Positions 38,081-50,370 are shown, counted from the first letter of the stretch. The stretch is 64,000 nucleotides of DNA from Ginglymostoma cirratum (GCA_024137785.1 JAHRHZ010000283.1:19123302-19187301), one strand, 5' to 3'. Notes: a model not told the origin generated them from the letters alone. Translations and numbers: made by a program.

Positions 38081-38118
38081 AGTTCTGAGGAAGGGTCGCT
38101 GGACCCGAAATGTTAACT
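38081..38118 (+). ncRNA. Minimal hammerhead ribozyme motif (PLE family B), CpG-decayed stem III
   Basis: AGUU-CUGAGGA-A-GGGUC-gcug-GACCC-GAAAUGUU-AACU: stem I AGUU/AACU, 5 bp stem II; family consensus GAAACGUU inferred from aacgtttc at 7090. Confidence 0.62.
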
Positions 38119-38164
38119 CTGTTTTTTCCTTCACAGATGCTGCCAGACCTGCTGAACTTTTCCA

Positions 38165-38777
38165 TTTCAACTCCCCCTCCCATTCCTTAGATGACATGTC
38201 CATCCTGGGCCTCCTGCAGTGCCACAACGATGCCACCTGAAGGTAGCAGGAACAGCACCTCATATTTCGCTTGGGAACCCTGCAGCCCAAATGGTATCAA
38301 TGTGGACTTCACAAGCTTCAAAATCTCCCCTTCCCCAAACGCATCCCAAAACCAGCCCAACTCGTCCCCGCCTCCCTAACCTGTCCTTCCTCCCACCTAT
38401 CCCCTGCTCCCATCTCAAGCCCCACCCCCATCTCCTACCTACCAGCCTCATCCCACCCCCTTGACCTGTCCATCCTCCCTGGACTGACCTATCCACTCCC
38501 TAACTCCCCACCTACACTCACCTTTACTGGCTCCGTCCCAGCCTCTTTGACCTGTCTGTCTCCTCTCCATCTATCTTCTCTTTTATCCATCTTCTATCCG
38601 CTTCCCCTTCTCTCCCTATTTATTTCAGAATCCCCTTCCCCTCCCCCATTTCTGAAGAAGGGTCTAGGCCAGAAACGTCAGCTTTCCTGCACCTGTGATG
38701 CTGCTTGGCCTGTTGTGTTCATCCAGCTCTACATTTTGTTATCTCAGGAACTGCAGATGCTGGAGAATCTACTATCT
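38165..38777 (+). mobile_element. PLE family A 3' fragment (GIY-YIG C-terminus + 3' UTR + pLTR) nested in the family B element, 13 bp TSD
   Basis: HFNSPSHSLDDMSILGLLQCHNDAT*R*QEQHLIFRLGTLQP/NGINVDF; hammerhead motif 38652-38679; TSD ctgaacttttcca at 38152-38164 and 38778-38790. Confidence 0.92.
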
Positions 38778-39344
38778 CTGAACTTTTCCAGCAACTTTGT
38801 TTTGATTCCTGATTTACAGCATCCATAGTTCTTTCGGTTTTTATTAAGATACAGCCCAATGTGATTATAAATGAGCATTGTGCACTTTTGAGTATTTCTA
38901 GCTATGGCAGGAGTCTAATTGGTTTACGTACATATTTGGAATGAAGCAGCATTTGATTATTTTGATTTTGTATTGTTGCTATGATTCAAGATGCATGCTT
39001 TGACGAGTTGAATATAAATAAGATGCAGGTCAATTAGATCATGTTGGAGAAGACTCAACATCCAATAGATTGGACTGTGGGTGAACCTTATCTTATAAGC
39101 TAAAAGAAAAATTCATTCTCACGCAGTCTGATGACTAATTGCATTCTTTATCCCTTGAGACAATGAAAATTCCAATGCAGAAGTTGTATAATGTTCATGT
39201 TTAACTCATGCATAAGGCGTTTTTGGAATGGAAATAATTTATCATGTCTTGAACTGTTGGGCGAAGGGATTGGCATTTAACATACAGTGGCAAGAGGCTT
39301 GGGTGCAGTGTTTTGTTATCGGTAGATTATTAAGTAGAATAATA

Positions 39345-39690
39345 TAAATTTTGTAGCATAGGACCAAGTTATTTAGCCAACTAACCAGTGTTTACAGTTC
39401 ATGTGAGCCTCATTCCATTCCTTTGCCTCACGCGAATAGCAGTCTGGTTCATGATCATAACACCTATCAACATTCTTTTTCTCCTTTATCTATCTAGCTT
39501 CAACTTGAATACATCTATCATCTTTTGCCTCCATTCTTGTTTGTGGTAATGTAGTGCTTACAAACTCTGGATTTTGTGTAAAGAAATGGGAATACCATTT
39601 CTCTTAAATTTTCTATTAAGGTAATTAGTCACTACCTTGAATTTATAGACCCTTTGTCCCCAGGTGTACAAACCCAGAAATCTGCAGCAC
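39345..39690 (-). mobile_element. Old CR1-like LINE 3' remnant
   Basis: tatctagcttcaacttgaatacatcta...tgtggtaatgtagtg...actctggattttgtgtaaagaa resembles the other minus-strand CR1 tails. Confidence 0.45.
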
Positions 39691-39899
39691 CTTATCACAA
39701 ATTCCAGGAGAGTGTCACTGTCTATGGGATTTGTCGACATGCTGTCTCCTGGACAGGTTGGAATGTGGATATACAATGACGTAAGGTAGTGTCAGCCATC
39801 TTGATGATGAAATCATTTTAATCTGCATCTACAAAGATATATATTTCAAAAATTCCAGTCATGTTAACAGCTGGTAGAAATAGGGAGGGAATAAATTTT

Positions 39900-41053
39900 T
39901 TAATTTAGACATTTTGTGGGATGTGGGTGTCGCTGGTTGGCCAGCTCTTATTGCCCATCCCTAGTTGCCCTTGAGAAGTTGGTGGTGAGTTGCCTTCTTG
40001 AACTGCTGCAGTTCACCTCGTGTGGGTTGACCCACAATGCCATTAGGGGCAGAATTCCGGGATTTGGATCCAGCAATGGTGAAGGAACAGATGGTGAGTG
40101 GCTTGGAGGGAACTTGGAGGTGGTAGTGTTCCCAGATGTTTTCTGCCCTTGTCCTTCTTGATGGAAGTGGTCATAGTTTGGAAGGAACTGTGTGAGGATC
40201 TTTGGTGAATTTCTGCAGTGCGCCATGTCGATAGTACACGCTGCTGCTACCAAGCGTTGGTGGTAGAAGGAGTAGGTGCTTATGGTTACAGTGCCAGTCA
40301 AGCGGGCTGCTTTGTCCTGGATAGTGTTAAACTTCTTCAGTGTTGCTGGGGCTACACTCATCCAGGCAAGTGGGGAGTATTCCATCACACTCCTGACTTG
40401 TGCCTTGTAGATGGTGGACAGGCTTTGAGGAGTCAAGACATGAGTCACTCGCTGCACTATTCCTAGTCTCTGACCTGATCTTGTAACCATTGTGTTTATG
40501 TGATGAGTCCAGTTGAGTTTCTGATCAATGATAACTCCAAGGATGTTGATAGTGGGGGATTCAGTGATGGTAACACCATTGAATGCCAAGGGGTGATGGA
40601 TAGATTGTCACTTATTGTGATGGTCATAGCCTGGCATTTCTGTGGACGAATGTTACTTGCTACTTGTCAACCCAAGTCTGGATATTGTCCAGATCTTGTT
40701 GCATTTGTACACAGATTGCTTCAGTGTCTGAGGAGTCGTGAATGGTGCTGAACATTGTGCAATCATTGGCAAACATCCCCATTTTTGACCTTATGATGGA
40801 GGGAAGGTCATTGATGAAGCAGTTGAAGATGGTTGGGCCTAGGATGCTACCCTGAGGAACTCCTGCAGAGATGTCCTGGAGCTGAGATGGCTGAGCTCCA
40901 ACAACTAGGACCATCTTCCTATGTGGCAGGTTGACTGTAACCACTGTCGAGTTTGTACCAATATCCATTGATTTCAGTTTTGCGAGGGCTTCTTCATGCC
41001 ACACTCAGTTGAATGCGGCCTTGATGTCAAGGGCTGTCACTCTCACCTCACCT
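39900..41053 (-). mobile_element. Second CR1-clade LINE family (RT + 3' UTR), partner of the tRNA SINE
   Basis: AGVPQGSILGPTIFNCFINDLPS, MFANDCT (FADD motif), ILGVIIDQKLNWTHHI, YKAQVRSVMEYSPLAW. Confidence 0.92.
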
Positions 41054-41205
41054 GAGTAATCTGTGAGCAACATCTGTTTTCACAAATGACCCTGAGAACC
41101 TGATCTCCAGGATGCAAATTTGCACAACAGGTCTCTCAATCGCTCACTGCACCATTAGCAGAAGATTCACAGACACCCTGGAAAAACACATTTACATCTT
41201 TATTT

Positions 41206-41300
41206 CCTGAAGAAGGGTCTAGGCCCGAAATGTCAGCCTTCCTGCTCCTCCGATGCTTCTTGGCCTGCTGTGTTCATCCAGCTCTACACCTTGTTATCTC
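41206..41300 (+). mobile_element. PLE family A pLTR insertion starting at the hammerhead (41207-41234), 13 bp TSD
   Basis: TSD tacatctttattt at 41193-41205 and 41301-41313; ctgaagaagggtctaggcccgaaatgtc. Confidence 0.9.
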
Positions 41301-42399
41301 TACATCTTTATTTGTACTGTTTTCACAGATCTTCAACTGAGTTTCTGGGGTGCATGAGATCCAAAGTACCAAAATCCAGGAAGTCAAAAAAAACCAGAGT
41401 AATTTCCTGCGTTTGAGTGGATGTATTTTAAATGACTGGAGACACGCACAACATAGCAGCCAAAGGTACCTATAGGCAAGGAGAAGGACTTGATAGAAGA
41501 ATCACAATGGGAACTGAGAAGCAGATTTAGAAATAAGCTGAATTCTTGCCTCCTTCAGGAATATGGATCAGTTGACTGAATAATTTCCAATTTCAGATGA
41601 GCACAAAACATGATCTCCAATCAGTTCACCTGGAATGATTTGTAGCCTTGGAGAATATTGAACTTGAAGGAGAGATGATTTTTAACAGGGGAAAGCATGG
41701 AGTGTAAATTTGTTGCATTCTGCAATGTTACTACGTTTATGATGGTATAGGGATGGTTTGGTTAAGCTTGAGTATTTTTTAATTACAGGAATAGTATGAT
41801 TTAAAAGAGCTACAATGTGTGCCAGAATAAATGTAACATGTATAATTTAGATTGCAAAGTAGATTGGAAAAGCTGAAATTGGAAGAGGAAGCTGACCGAA
41901 ATATGGAATTTGGATTCCAGAGGAAGTAAAAGATGTCTGAAGATAGAAATGGCAAGAATAAATAAATATAAAAATGTGAAGCAACTTTATGAATGTTGGT
42001 TGCATAGACATAGCTTAAAGAAAGGGGTAGAATTAGGAGGCACAGTGAATGTGCTCTGAGTTACTGATGCCATGGTCCATTTTGAATCTTTATATTGTAC
42101 TTTCCTATTTACGATAACAGTGAGAACAGTGAAAGGAAAGGAGGGATTGTCACTGCTGGTTTATGACGTTTTGTGACTTACCTTGGGTGTCTCCTGCTTG
42201 CATAGAGTAAAGGACCTAAAGTTTCAATTGGGTTGCATGTATTTTTCAATGCAACTTTGTTGAAATAAAGCCAAACAGTGCAATTGATTGAATAACATCA
42301 GCATAATTCATTTGCAGTGATTGACAAAATATTGTTATGGAAGTCAACATCACCTGCAAAACTCATCATGCTCCGTACTGAAGTCCTTTGCAGCCACTG

Positions 42400-42770
42400 A
42401 AGTACTATTTTGATGAAATGTAGTCTTTGCTGTACGATTGAAATGTACATCTCATTCACACTCAGCAAACTCCAACAAACAGCAATGTGAAAATGATCAG
42501 ATAATCTGTTTTCTGTGATTAAAGGGCTAAGCATTGCCCAGGATATGGGGATGATTTCTTCAAAAGCATTCCACAAGGCACTTTACATCCAGCCAAGCAG
42601 ATAGTTTGGGGTCTTGGTTCAAGGCCTGACCCAAAAGAAACTATGGCCAAAGTTGCAGTGCTCCCTTATTACTGTGCCACTATTGGATTTAATTTTTATG
42701 CTCAAGCCCAGAGTTGAGACTGAAACTTGGATCTTTGTGGTTCAGAGATGAGTGTGATACCAATTGAAAC
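42400..42770 (-). mobile_element. Deu-domain SINE
   Basis: caaactccaacaaacagcaatgtgaaaatgatcagataatctgttt...cattgcccaggata...ttacatcca...ggttcagagatgagtgtgataccaattga. Confidence 0.7.
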
Positions 42771-43449
42771 AATATCATTTGATTTAATTAACATTTCCTG
42801 TAACTGCAAGGCCTTGAGAATTTAAAAAGTAAGCCTCCTTTGAGACTCAAAGAACTGAAATTTCCCAGGCCGTGAATAATGTTGGCAATAGTACATCAGC
42901 AGAGAAAATATGGCGAGGACAGAAAAATTAGATTGTCAACTTCGAGAAAATGTCCAATTTTCCATTTGAGGTTTTAATGAGTAGGTGACAATCTCAGTAG
43001 TGAGTCACGAAGGGACTATTTGCGTGCACTAATATGTCGTTATTACTTAATCTCTCTTCATTTATATGCAGCTTGCTATGTTCCCAGGCTGTTGAAAGAA
43101 ACCAGATGACGACAATTCCTCACATGAAAGTTAGGCTGGTTACCTGACCATTGCAGCTCATCACTCACCCATCTTGGCCAGAATTCTCTAACATCTCAGG
43201 GTATGCTTCATGGGCAGTGACTGGTACACCCTCCATCCACTGAGATTGGTTTCAGCAAAGCACCGGCTTCACCACATTATCATGGCATATCTGCGATTTG
43301 CAGTTCAGCACTTCAATGCTGCAATTTGGAGCTCACTGACACCCTATGCTGCATTGCTGTTGTCAGTCTGTTTCGTTCGCAGTGACAGGCACCCATCTCA
43401 TGCATCAAAGCAGGGTTCCTCTTGGGGTTTTTAGCTTGCTTTCTTTGTG

Positions 43450-43900
43450 ATCACTCACTTTGTGTTGACTTTGTTGTTCACAGCATTTCTGCCTTGCCTT
43501 TTTAACACAGACAGATAGCTAAGCAGCTTGCAATGCTTGGCAGCAACAAACAGTCAAGAGAAACTATGGCCAGTCAGGGGGTGGGGTGGCAGTCAGGAAA
43601 CGTGGTGAGGCATCCCGTGTAGGTGGGCACAAAGCACAGGTGGCTTAAGGGTTGCTAGGTTGGGGGATAATATGTGAGAGGAGATGCCACATGCAATATT
43701 AAGTGTGTTACACTTTAAGCCTTGGTAGGAGGTGAGTGCAAGGTAACAGAAGGAAGATGGTGGCATTTACTCTCGCAGAGTGTTGAATGCAATGAACCTT
43801 TTTGTGGTATTGCTGCACATTCCTTTGGACCTGGGTGGCTTCTTCAGACCAGGCTGGCAACGTTTGAGATAGTGGGCCTCAGGCTTGAACATCAGAAGGC
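43450..43900 (-). mobile_element. Possible Harbinger Myb/SANT remnant
   Basis: Minus strand cagcaataccacaaaaaggttcattgc resembles the 'QQC.K...DL' end of the Myb domain; layout similar to 36700-37145. Confidence 0.3.
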
Positions 43901-44932
43901 CCACAAACTACTGAGCATGTTACAGCACAAGATAGCATGAGAAGAGCACTGTCATGTATACTTAAGAAGGTAAGCAGCATGCACTTACTTGAGAAAAGTT
44001 AAGAGCTCATGGAAGGAAATAATTCACGAAAGTCTCTGAAATTGACATTTATAGGTTGTTAGGAAAAGTCAGCCCAAAGTCTCTAATAGGCATTTTAAAT
44101 AACTTTTAAATGTGGAAAACTACTTAATTTAAAAGTGACTGCTGAATAAATTATTCTGCGTAGTTCAGCATTCTGCATAATGCCATGTTCAGGTAATTAA
44201 AATTCAGTACTCAGGGATAGCAAACTAAATGCTCTCTTATTGATCAATTTTCGTGAGCCCATTTTCAAATGTATTAATAAAATAATTCCGAGCTTAAACA
44301 TAACAAGGAATATATTTTAATGCAAGAAATCAAAATCAGTTGCATGCTAAAATGCTTTCCAATTATATTGGCTCATGACTGATTTTGTATTTGATGATAT
44401 ACATATGAGTTTGAATGGAGGGTTTTGGGAAAAAAAACAACTCCAAAAACTAGAGCAATTTGGAGAGTAAATTGTGTCCGGTTTTCTAATTGTACCCAAA
44501 GTGGAAACTGTATCCCAAGGTATAGAAATCTACCCAGTTGCAAACTGAAAGTAATTTACTGAGCAGCAACCTGAAACATAACCAATATAGACAAGTTCCT
44601 CATGATCAGAACACTGCCTTGGAGCCAGGTTTAATATTGGTAACAGCAGTGGTGAAAATAGACGAATGATTGAGCAACCAAACAGGAAAAGTGGAAGGAA
44701 GGTTAAAATTCAAGAATGCAAGAGAATGAAAGTGAAGTCCTAGACTAGAAATAGGTCCACAATCAATCAAACAGCACATATCAGTTTAGGCAGAGTTCGC
44801 TTATTTTCCCATTTGATGCATGATCTTTTGCTCGCAGCTTGGAATTTCTTCACCATAAACCTTTCCTATTGGCATGACATATCATTAGGAACAGGAGGTG
44901 ACCATTCAGCCCAACCAGACAATAACTCTCAA

Positions 44933-45029
44933 ATAAAAATCTGAAATTGCTGGAAAAGCTCAGCAGCTCCAGCAGCATCGGTGGAGAGAAATCAGAGTTG
45001 ACGTTTTGGGTCCAGTGACACTTTATCAT
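44933..45029 (-). mobile_element. PLE family B single-arm fragment ending at the hammerhead
   Basis: aaattgctggaaaagctcagcag...gagaaatcagagttgacgttttgggtccagtgacactttatca. Confidence 0.8.
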
Positions 45030-45841
45030 AATCATAAGCGACCGAAAGAACCAAACCAGACTGTAACTTAACCTGATTTACTTTAATATCCATTGATTTC
45101 AGTACCCACCAATATTTAAGCAAAGAGAATGGATGCACAAGAGGCTAGAGTCATAAGAACGTTGTGTTTTGGGGGGGGTTTCTGTGTAAAAACAGATGCA
45201 GTCTCATCTGTACAACTCACGGTGAAGAAATCTGTCACTTATTGAGGTACCATATAGCTTTTATAGTTTAATAACACGTATCGAAGCAATAATTATGACG
45301 TTTACAAAAGTAAACATATTTAATAGAAAAAATAAAAGGAGTCTTATTTCAGTAGACTTTACAAAAAGTTTGAAGAAAAATGTTTTGTTATGGGCTACTG
45401 CACTGTTTGTACTATGCTCACAATTTTGGCTCAATTGAAATAATATCACCATGTACTATGTATAAAGATAACCAAAACAGAAGGGTTTTTATGTATCTTG
45501 GTTGTTTCTGACATTCTGTTCATCCTTGAAGCTATCTCCAAATCTTAAACATTTTCATATTTTTAATTTTTGTCATAAAAGCCAAGTAAAATAATTTATA
45601 TTGAATTTTTGCTCAGGCCTGTATTACAATTCTTTGGATCTCCCCATACCTAACCTATCGTAAACAATTCTGGTATCAAAAGACTGACTAAACAGCTTTT
45701 CCTCAGGTAAGAAGCAATTTGAACATCGGTTTACAGCAGAATTTTTGAGTTATGTTCATTCAATTTTTCCTGGTCTTCAATCTCTCTTAGATACAAGGTA
45801 CATGTGCAAAAGAGACCTCGCGTATAAATTAGACCTTGTAT

Positions 45842-46010
45842 ATTTAGATTTAGATTTTCTTGTCATGTGTGCTCAAGTACAAAAGTACAGGAGTACAGTG
45901 AAAAGTGTGTAATGTCACCACACAAGCTGCCATCTTAGGCACAAATACCTAGGTACAGAGTCATAAGAACAAGATAGAAATAAAGAACAAAGTTAATAGT
46001 TAAACATTAC
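45842..46010 (-). mobile_element. Non-LTR retrotransposon 3' end (Rex1/Babar-like), short
   Basis: atttagatttagattttcttgtcatgtgt...tacagtgaaaag, the reverse complement of a short-tandem-repeat LINE tail. Confidence 0.45.
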
Positions 46011-47149
46011 AGTAATTCGTGGTATTAGGTAGAAAAATTTTAAAAAACCTGCTATAATAAAGGGAACTTGTTTTAATAAAGGGAAGGTTCATGAAGTTAT
46101 TTAAGCTAAAGGTGTACAAGGCACTGGGACTTGATGTGAGATATCCAAAGAACTTAAGGAAGTTAACAATGGATATCTTTGTACCAAAATGTAGGGGTCT
46201 GAAAGAGTATGACTGAGCAGTGCCTAAAGCACTTTGCAATATAGCGATGTCATATGAACTTGAGGGGAGAACAGCTTAGGATGTTGGAAGAGTATTATCT
46301 ACCAACTGGGTCTTCCTCATAATCCCTGCAATTGTATAATTTCTGCTGTCAGGCAATAAATTACACTTTTTCTTAAGATAAGCCCATCATCTTGTTTGAC
46401 TGCCAAGTAGTTTTCCTCTACCACACAAGTCCAAGCAGGCCGTGTAGACTCCTACTGAGAAAGAGGATTATATCAGCAAATCTGCTAGTTAGATGATGCA
46501 TCATGATGAGCAGTGGTGAGGATCTATCATAGAACATGGTCGCAAGCAATGCAGACACCATTTAGCTGCCTCCTACATATTGCTAATGGCAGAGGTCTGA
46601 AGATTTCCTCAAGGATCCTTTTGGAAAGGCTGCATATGCAGTTGGAAGAGTTGAATATTTGAGAATCCTACAAGAGGAACTCATGATAATATTCCAACAT
46701 AGAGAACCTGCAGTTGATGGTACAAAGCTTTTCTGCTCAAATATGAGGTGTACAGCAGGAAGAGTGAGCCAGGACCTCTAAGGGGCTGGAGTACTTATCA
46801 CACCAGATGCAGATACCATTGGACAACAATGATCTAGACGAGCACTCTTAAGTCAAAGTTCACCTGGAGAAAAAATATACATCAAAGTTTCTGTGAGTTA
46901 AGTTTAAATCTTGCAAAGGAAAATCTTTTAACATGTTGCAGCTTACAGGTTTGGATTGCTGGAAGTGGGTGAAGCACTTAATCAGGTTAAATGTGGACAT
47001 CACAAGGTACAGCGAGAGAAATCAGTGGTGAGAAAAGCAATTTAAAACAATGTTGTTGGACCAGGAATGTTACAAAGGCAGAATTAAAGCAGTAAAGGAG
47101 CCGACAGATTTTAATGGAAGAAAAACAGGACATTATTAAGGCCCCTGAT

Positions 47150-47950
47150 AAAGCAAGAAATCCATTGCTAAAAGCATGGTAGAGGAAAGAAGTATTAAAC
47201 TGCACACAGCAGAACTCAGCAGGGGGAAAAAAATGATCAGTGAAAGCAACAGGGATTATCATTTAGAGACAGTGGAAATCATCCCAGATGAGATGTAAAT
47301 CAGAAGTTTATGAAGTAACTACACTATGCTATACAATTAGAAGTGTGGCTGATGTTATAGCTCGATAAGATGTAAAAGAAGCAGATACTTTTGATGAAAT
47401 GCGAAAGCTTTATTACTTTAACTGAGTAAAATTCTTGAAAAGGCAAAATATAGTTGAAAAGTTCAGCATAAAGAAGAATTCATGGATAATTTCATTAACA
47501 ATCTTTTTAGATTAGTGCAAAAGTGTACCTATAGTAATGGACTGTCAGAATTTATAAGAGGGAGAATTGTTGTTGGAATTGATGAGGTTTTGTCAGATGT
47601 ATTACAGTTGAAAGAAACTTTTACACAAGAGAAATCCATTCAGATGGTGAGTGAAGCAAAAGTCCGGAAGCAAAAGAGCTCAATTCCGAGATGCGAAAAT
47701 CAACCTTGTCACAGGAGATCAGCAGAGTGCATGTAATTCTTAAGTAATAAAACCCCTAAGGCACATATGAGACATTCAGTGAGTAAAACAGACACCTGAT
47801 ATTAACAGACATTGTCAGTGCTGTGGAGCAAAGAGACCTCCCCTGCACTCAGTTACTAAAAAGGGTTTTTTTTTCTGTAAAACACTAAATCGCGTTGAGA
47901 AAATGTACTAAAATAGGAACTGCAAGAAGTCAAACAGCCATTCACACAAG
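47150..47950 (+). mobile_element. Decayed Gypsy/Ty3 gag fragment (possible LTR remnant at ~46190-46425)
   Basis: ORF 47482-47736 MDNFINNLFRLVQKCTYSNGLSEFIRGRIVVGIDEVLSDVLQLKETFTQEKSIQMVSEAKVRKQ matches the Gypsy gag pattern D.FI..L..L...C.Y......IRDRIVVGI...LS..LQ....LTLEKAI. Confidence 0.7.
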
Positions 47951-48049
47951 GAAGTTCATAAGAATAAAAAAAAGTTTGCAAGAGGAAAAGTCAAAGGTTA
48001 ACCTAAGACAAATGGGTGTTCCAGATCTATTTTGTTGTCAAGAGGACAA

Positions 48050-50370
48050 ATGAATATAAGAATTAGGAATAGGAAAAGACTGCTTGAACCCACTGCAGCA
48101 TTTGATGAGGTAATAGCTGATCTGATTGCTCCACATTGCTGCCTACTCTCTCAATCTCTCAACCCTTGCTTATCAAAAAACCTATCAACGTCTGCACTAA
48201 AAATATTGAAAGACTCTGTTGCCAACACTTTTTGAAGAAGAGTTCCAAAGACACATGGTCCTTATTAAAAAAAAAATTCTCCTTAGCTCTGTTTTAAATG
48301 GGTGACCTCTTATTTTTAAACCATGATCCTAAGTTCTAGTTCTACTCTTTTCTGTACTCACCCCATAAACACACGCGAGTGTCCTGTTTCAATCAAGTCA
48401 CCTCATATCCTTCTAAACTTCAAGAGATGCAAATCTAGCCTGCCCAACCTTTCTTCATATGATAACCCACTTATTCTAGGTATTATTCAAGTAAACCTTC
48501 TGTGAACTGCTCCATACATACTTACAGCCTTCCTTAATTAAGGAGACCAGCGCTTTTTGCCAATATCCTATGTAATTGAAGCCTAATTATGTATTAAATT
48601 TCACAATAAATAATGACATTATGTTAGCTTTCCTATTTACTTGCTGTACATGCGTTTTGCCAATCATGCACAAGGACACAAGTCACTGTGTATCTCCGAG
48701 TTCTCACCATTTAGAGAATATGCTGCTTCATTATTCTTCCTGCCAAAATGGACAATTTTACATTTTCTCATATTATACACCGTCTACCAGACCTTGCCCA
48801 CCTACTTCACCTTTTCACTTTCCTCTGTAGCCTCGTTATGTTCTCTTCATAAATTACTTTCTTATCTATCTTTGTGTCATCTAGAAATTTAGCAACAATG
48901 AATTCAATCCCTTCATCCAAGTCAATTAAATAAATTGTAAAATGTTGAGATTTCAGCACTGATCCCTTTGGCATACTATTCATTACACCCTGCAACCAGA
49001 AATTGCCCCTTAAATCCCTACCATTTCCTATTATCTTCTACCCATGCTAATACATTACTTCCCCACCACACACACCCTGAGTTTTATTATTTTTATTATT
49101 TCATTTTATTAATATTTTTATTATTTTATTATTTTACATTGTAACCTTTGATGTGGTACCATATCAAATGCCTTCTAGAAATCCAAGTACAGTCCATTGA
49201 GCAGTTTGCCTTTCTTCACATGATAAATTACTTTGCCAAAGTAGTCCAATAAATTGGTTCAATATGATTTCATTTTCATAAAACCATGTTAACTTTGCCT
49301 GATTAATTTGACTTTTTAAGTGCCCATAAAAATGTCTTTAATAGCTTATAAAATCTTCTCTACAACAGATATGAAACTAACTCGCCTAAAGTGTCCTGCG
49401 TTCTGCCTCCCCCTTCAGTTTTTAATAAAAGAGTTACATTTGCAATTCTTCAAAACCTAGTGTCTTTTGAAGTTAAAAGCAATGCATCAGCTATCTCACT
49501 AGCCACACCTTTTAAAATCCTAGGATGAAGTCTGACCTGGGGACTATTCAGCCACATAAACAATTTGCCCATTACCACTGCCTTCATGATTGAATTTTTG
49601 AGTTCCTACACTTTCCATTTCCTGATTTGGAACTATTTCTGGGATATTCACTTTTATCCTTTATAATGAAGATTGATGCGGATGCCTCCTTGATTCATCT
49701 GCCATCACTTATTTTTCATTGTTAATTCCCAAGAGTCACTTTCTATAGGAATAACATTCACTTTAACTGTAAATACCAGTAGGAACTCTTGTTATCTGTT
49801 TTCATGTTTCTAGCTTTCTTTCTCTAATACATTATTTTTTCCCTTAAAATTTTAGTCAAACTCTACCTTTCCTAAATACTCTGTCCAGCCTTCAGACCAG
49901 CTATTTTTTGTAAGTTCTAGAGGCTATAGATTTGAGAGGAGAGGGGAAAGATTTAAAAGGGACCTAAGGGGCAACTTTTTCCACGCAGTGTGGTGCATGA
50001 ATGGAATGAACTGATAGAGGAAGTAGTGGTAGCTGATATAATTACAACATTTAAAGGGCATCTGGATGGGTACAAGGGTTTAGAGGGATATGGGCCAAAT
50101 GCTGGCAAATGGGAATAGATTAATTTAGGATGTTCGGTTGGCATGGACGAGCTGGTCTGAAATGTCTTTTTCCAATGCTGTACAACTCCGACTTTATTTT
50201 GATATTATCTTTAACTATTTCAGTTCATCACAGATGGCGTGTCCTCCCTTAACAATTTTTCTTTCTGATTGGTATATACTTATTCTGCGCATCCTGAAAT
50301 ATTCCCTTAAATGTCTACCATCACATCTCTATTGACCAATCCCTCAAACTAATTTGCCACTTCGCTTTAC
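48050..50370 (-). mobile_element. Old CR1-clade LINE (RT to 3' end), interrupted by a younger CR1 tail
   Basis: ORF 48807-48995(-) SMPKGSVL...IYLIDLDEGIEFIVAKFLDDTKI; ggtaccatatcaaatgccttc (KAFDMVP) and aaaccatgtt (QHGF) on the minus strand. Confidence 0.8.
49925..50185 (+). mobile_element. CR1 (HER1-like) 3' tail
   Basis: gagaggggaaagatttaaaagggacctaaggggcaactttttccacgcag...gggatatgggccaaatgctggcaaatggga. Confidence 0.88.

Larger units (their letters stand above)
37468..38845 (+). mobile_element. Large PLE family B fold-back insertion (~300 bp arms) with 11 bp TSD and a nested family A copy
   Basis: Left arm ~37469-37775 is inverted against 37885-38164 plus 38791-38805; spacer encodes GIY-YIG C-terminus LGTLQTSGLNI on the minus strand; TSD taagatacagc (37457-37467, 38845-38855). 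Confidence 0.9.

Noticed and set aside
38271-38828. 185 aa Pro/Ser/Leu-rich ORF
   Set aside because: Chance read-through of the pyrimidine-rich PLE 3' UTR; related peptides recur at other copies (6097-6507, 25420-25670)
45617-45706. AG...CAG/gtaaga-bounded segment as a coding exon
   Set aside because: Stop codons in all three frames; at most a non-coding exon, with no further support
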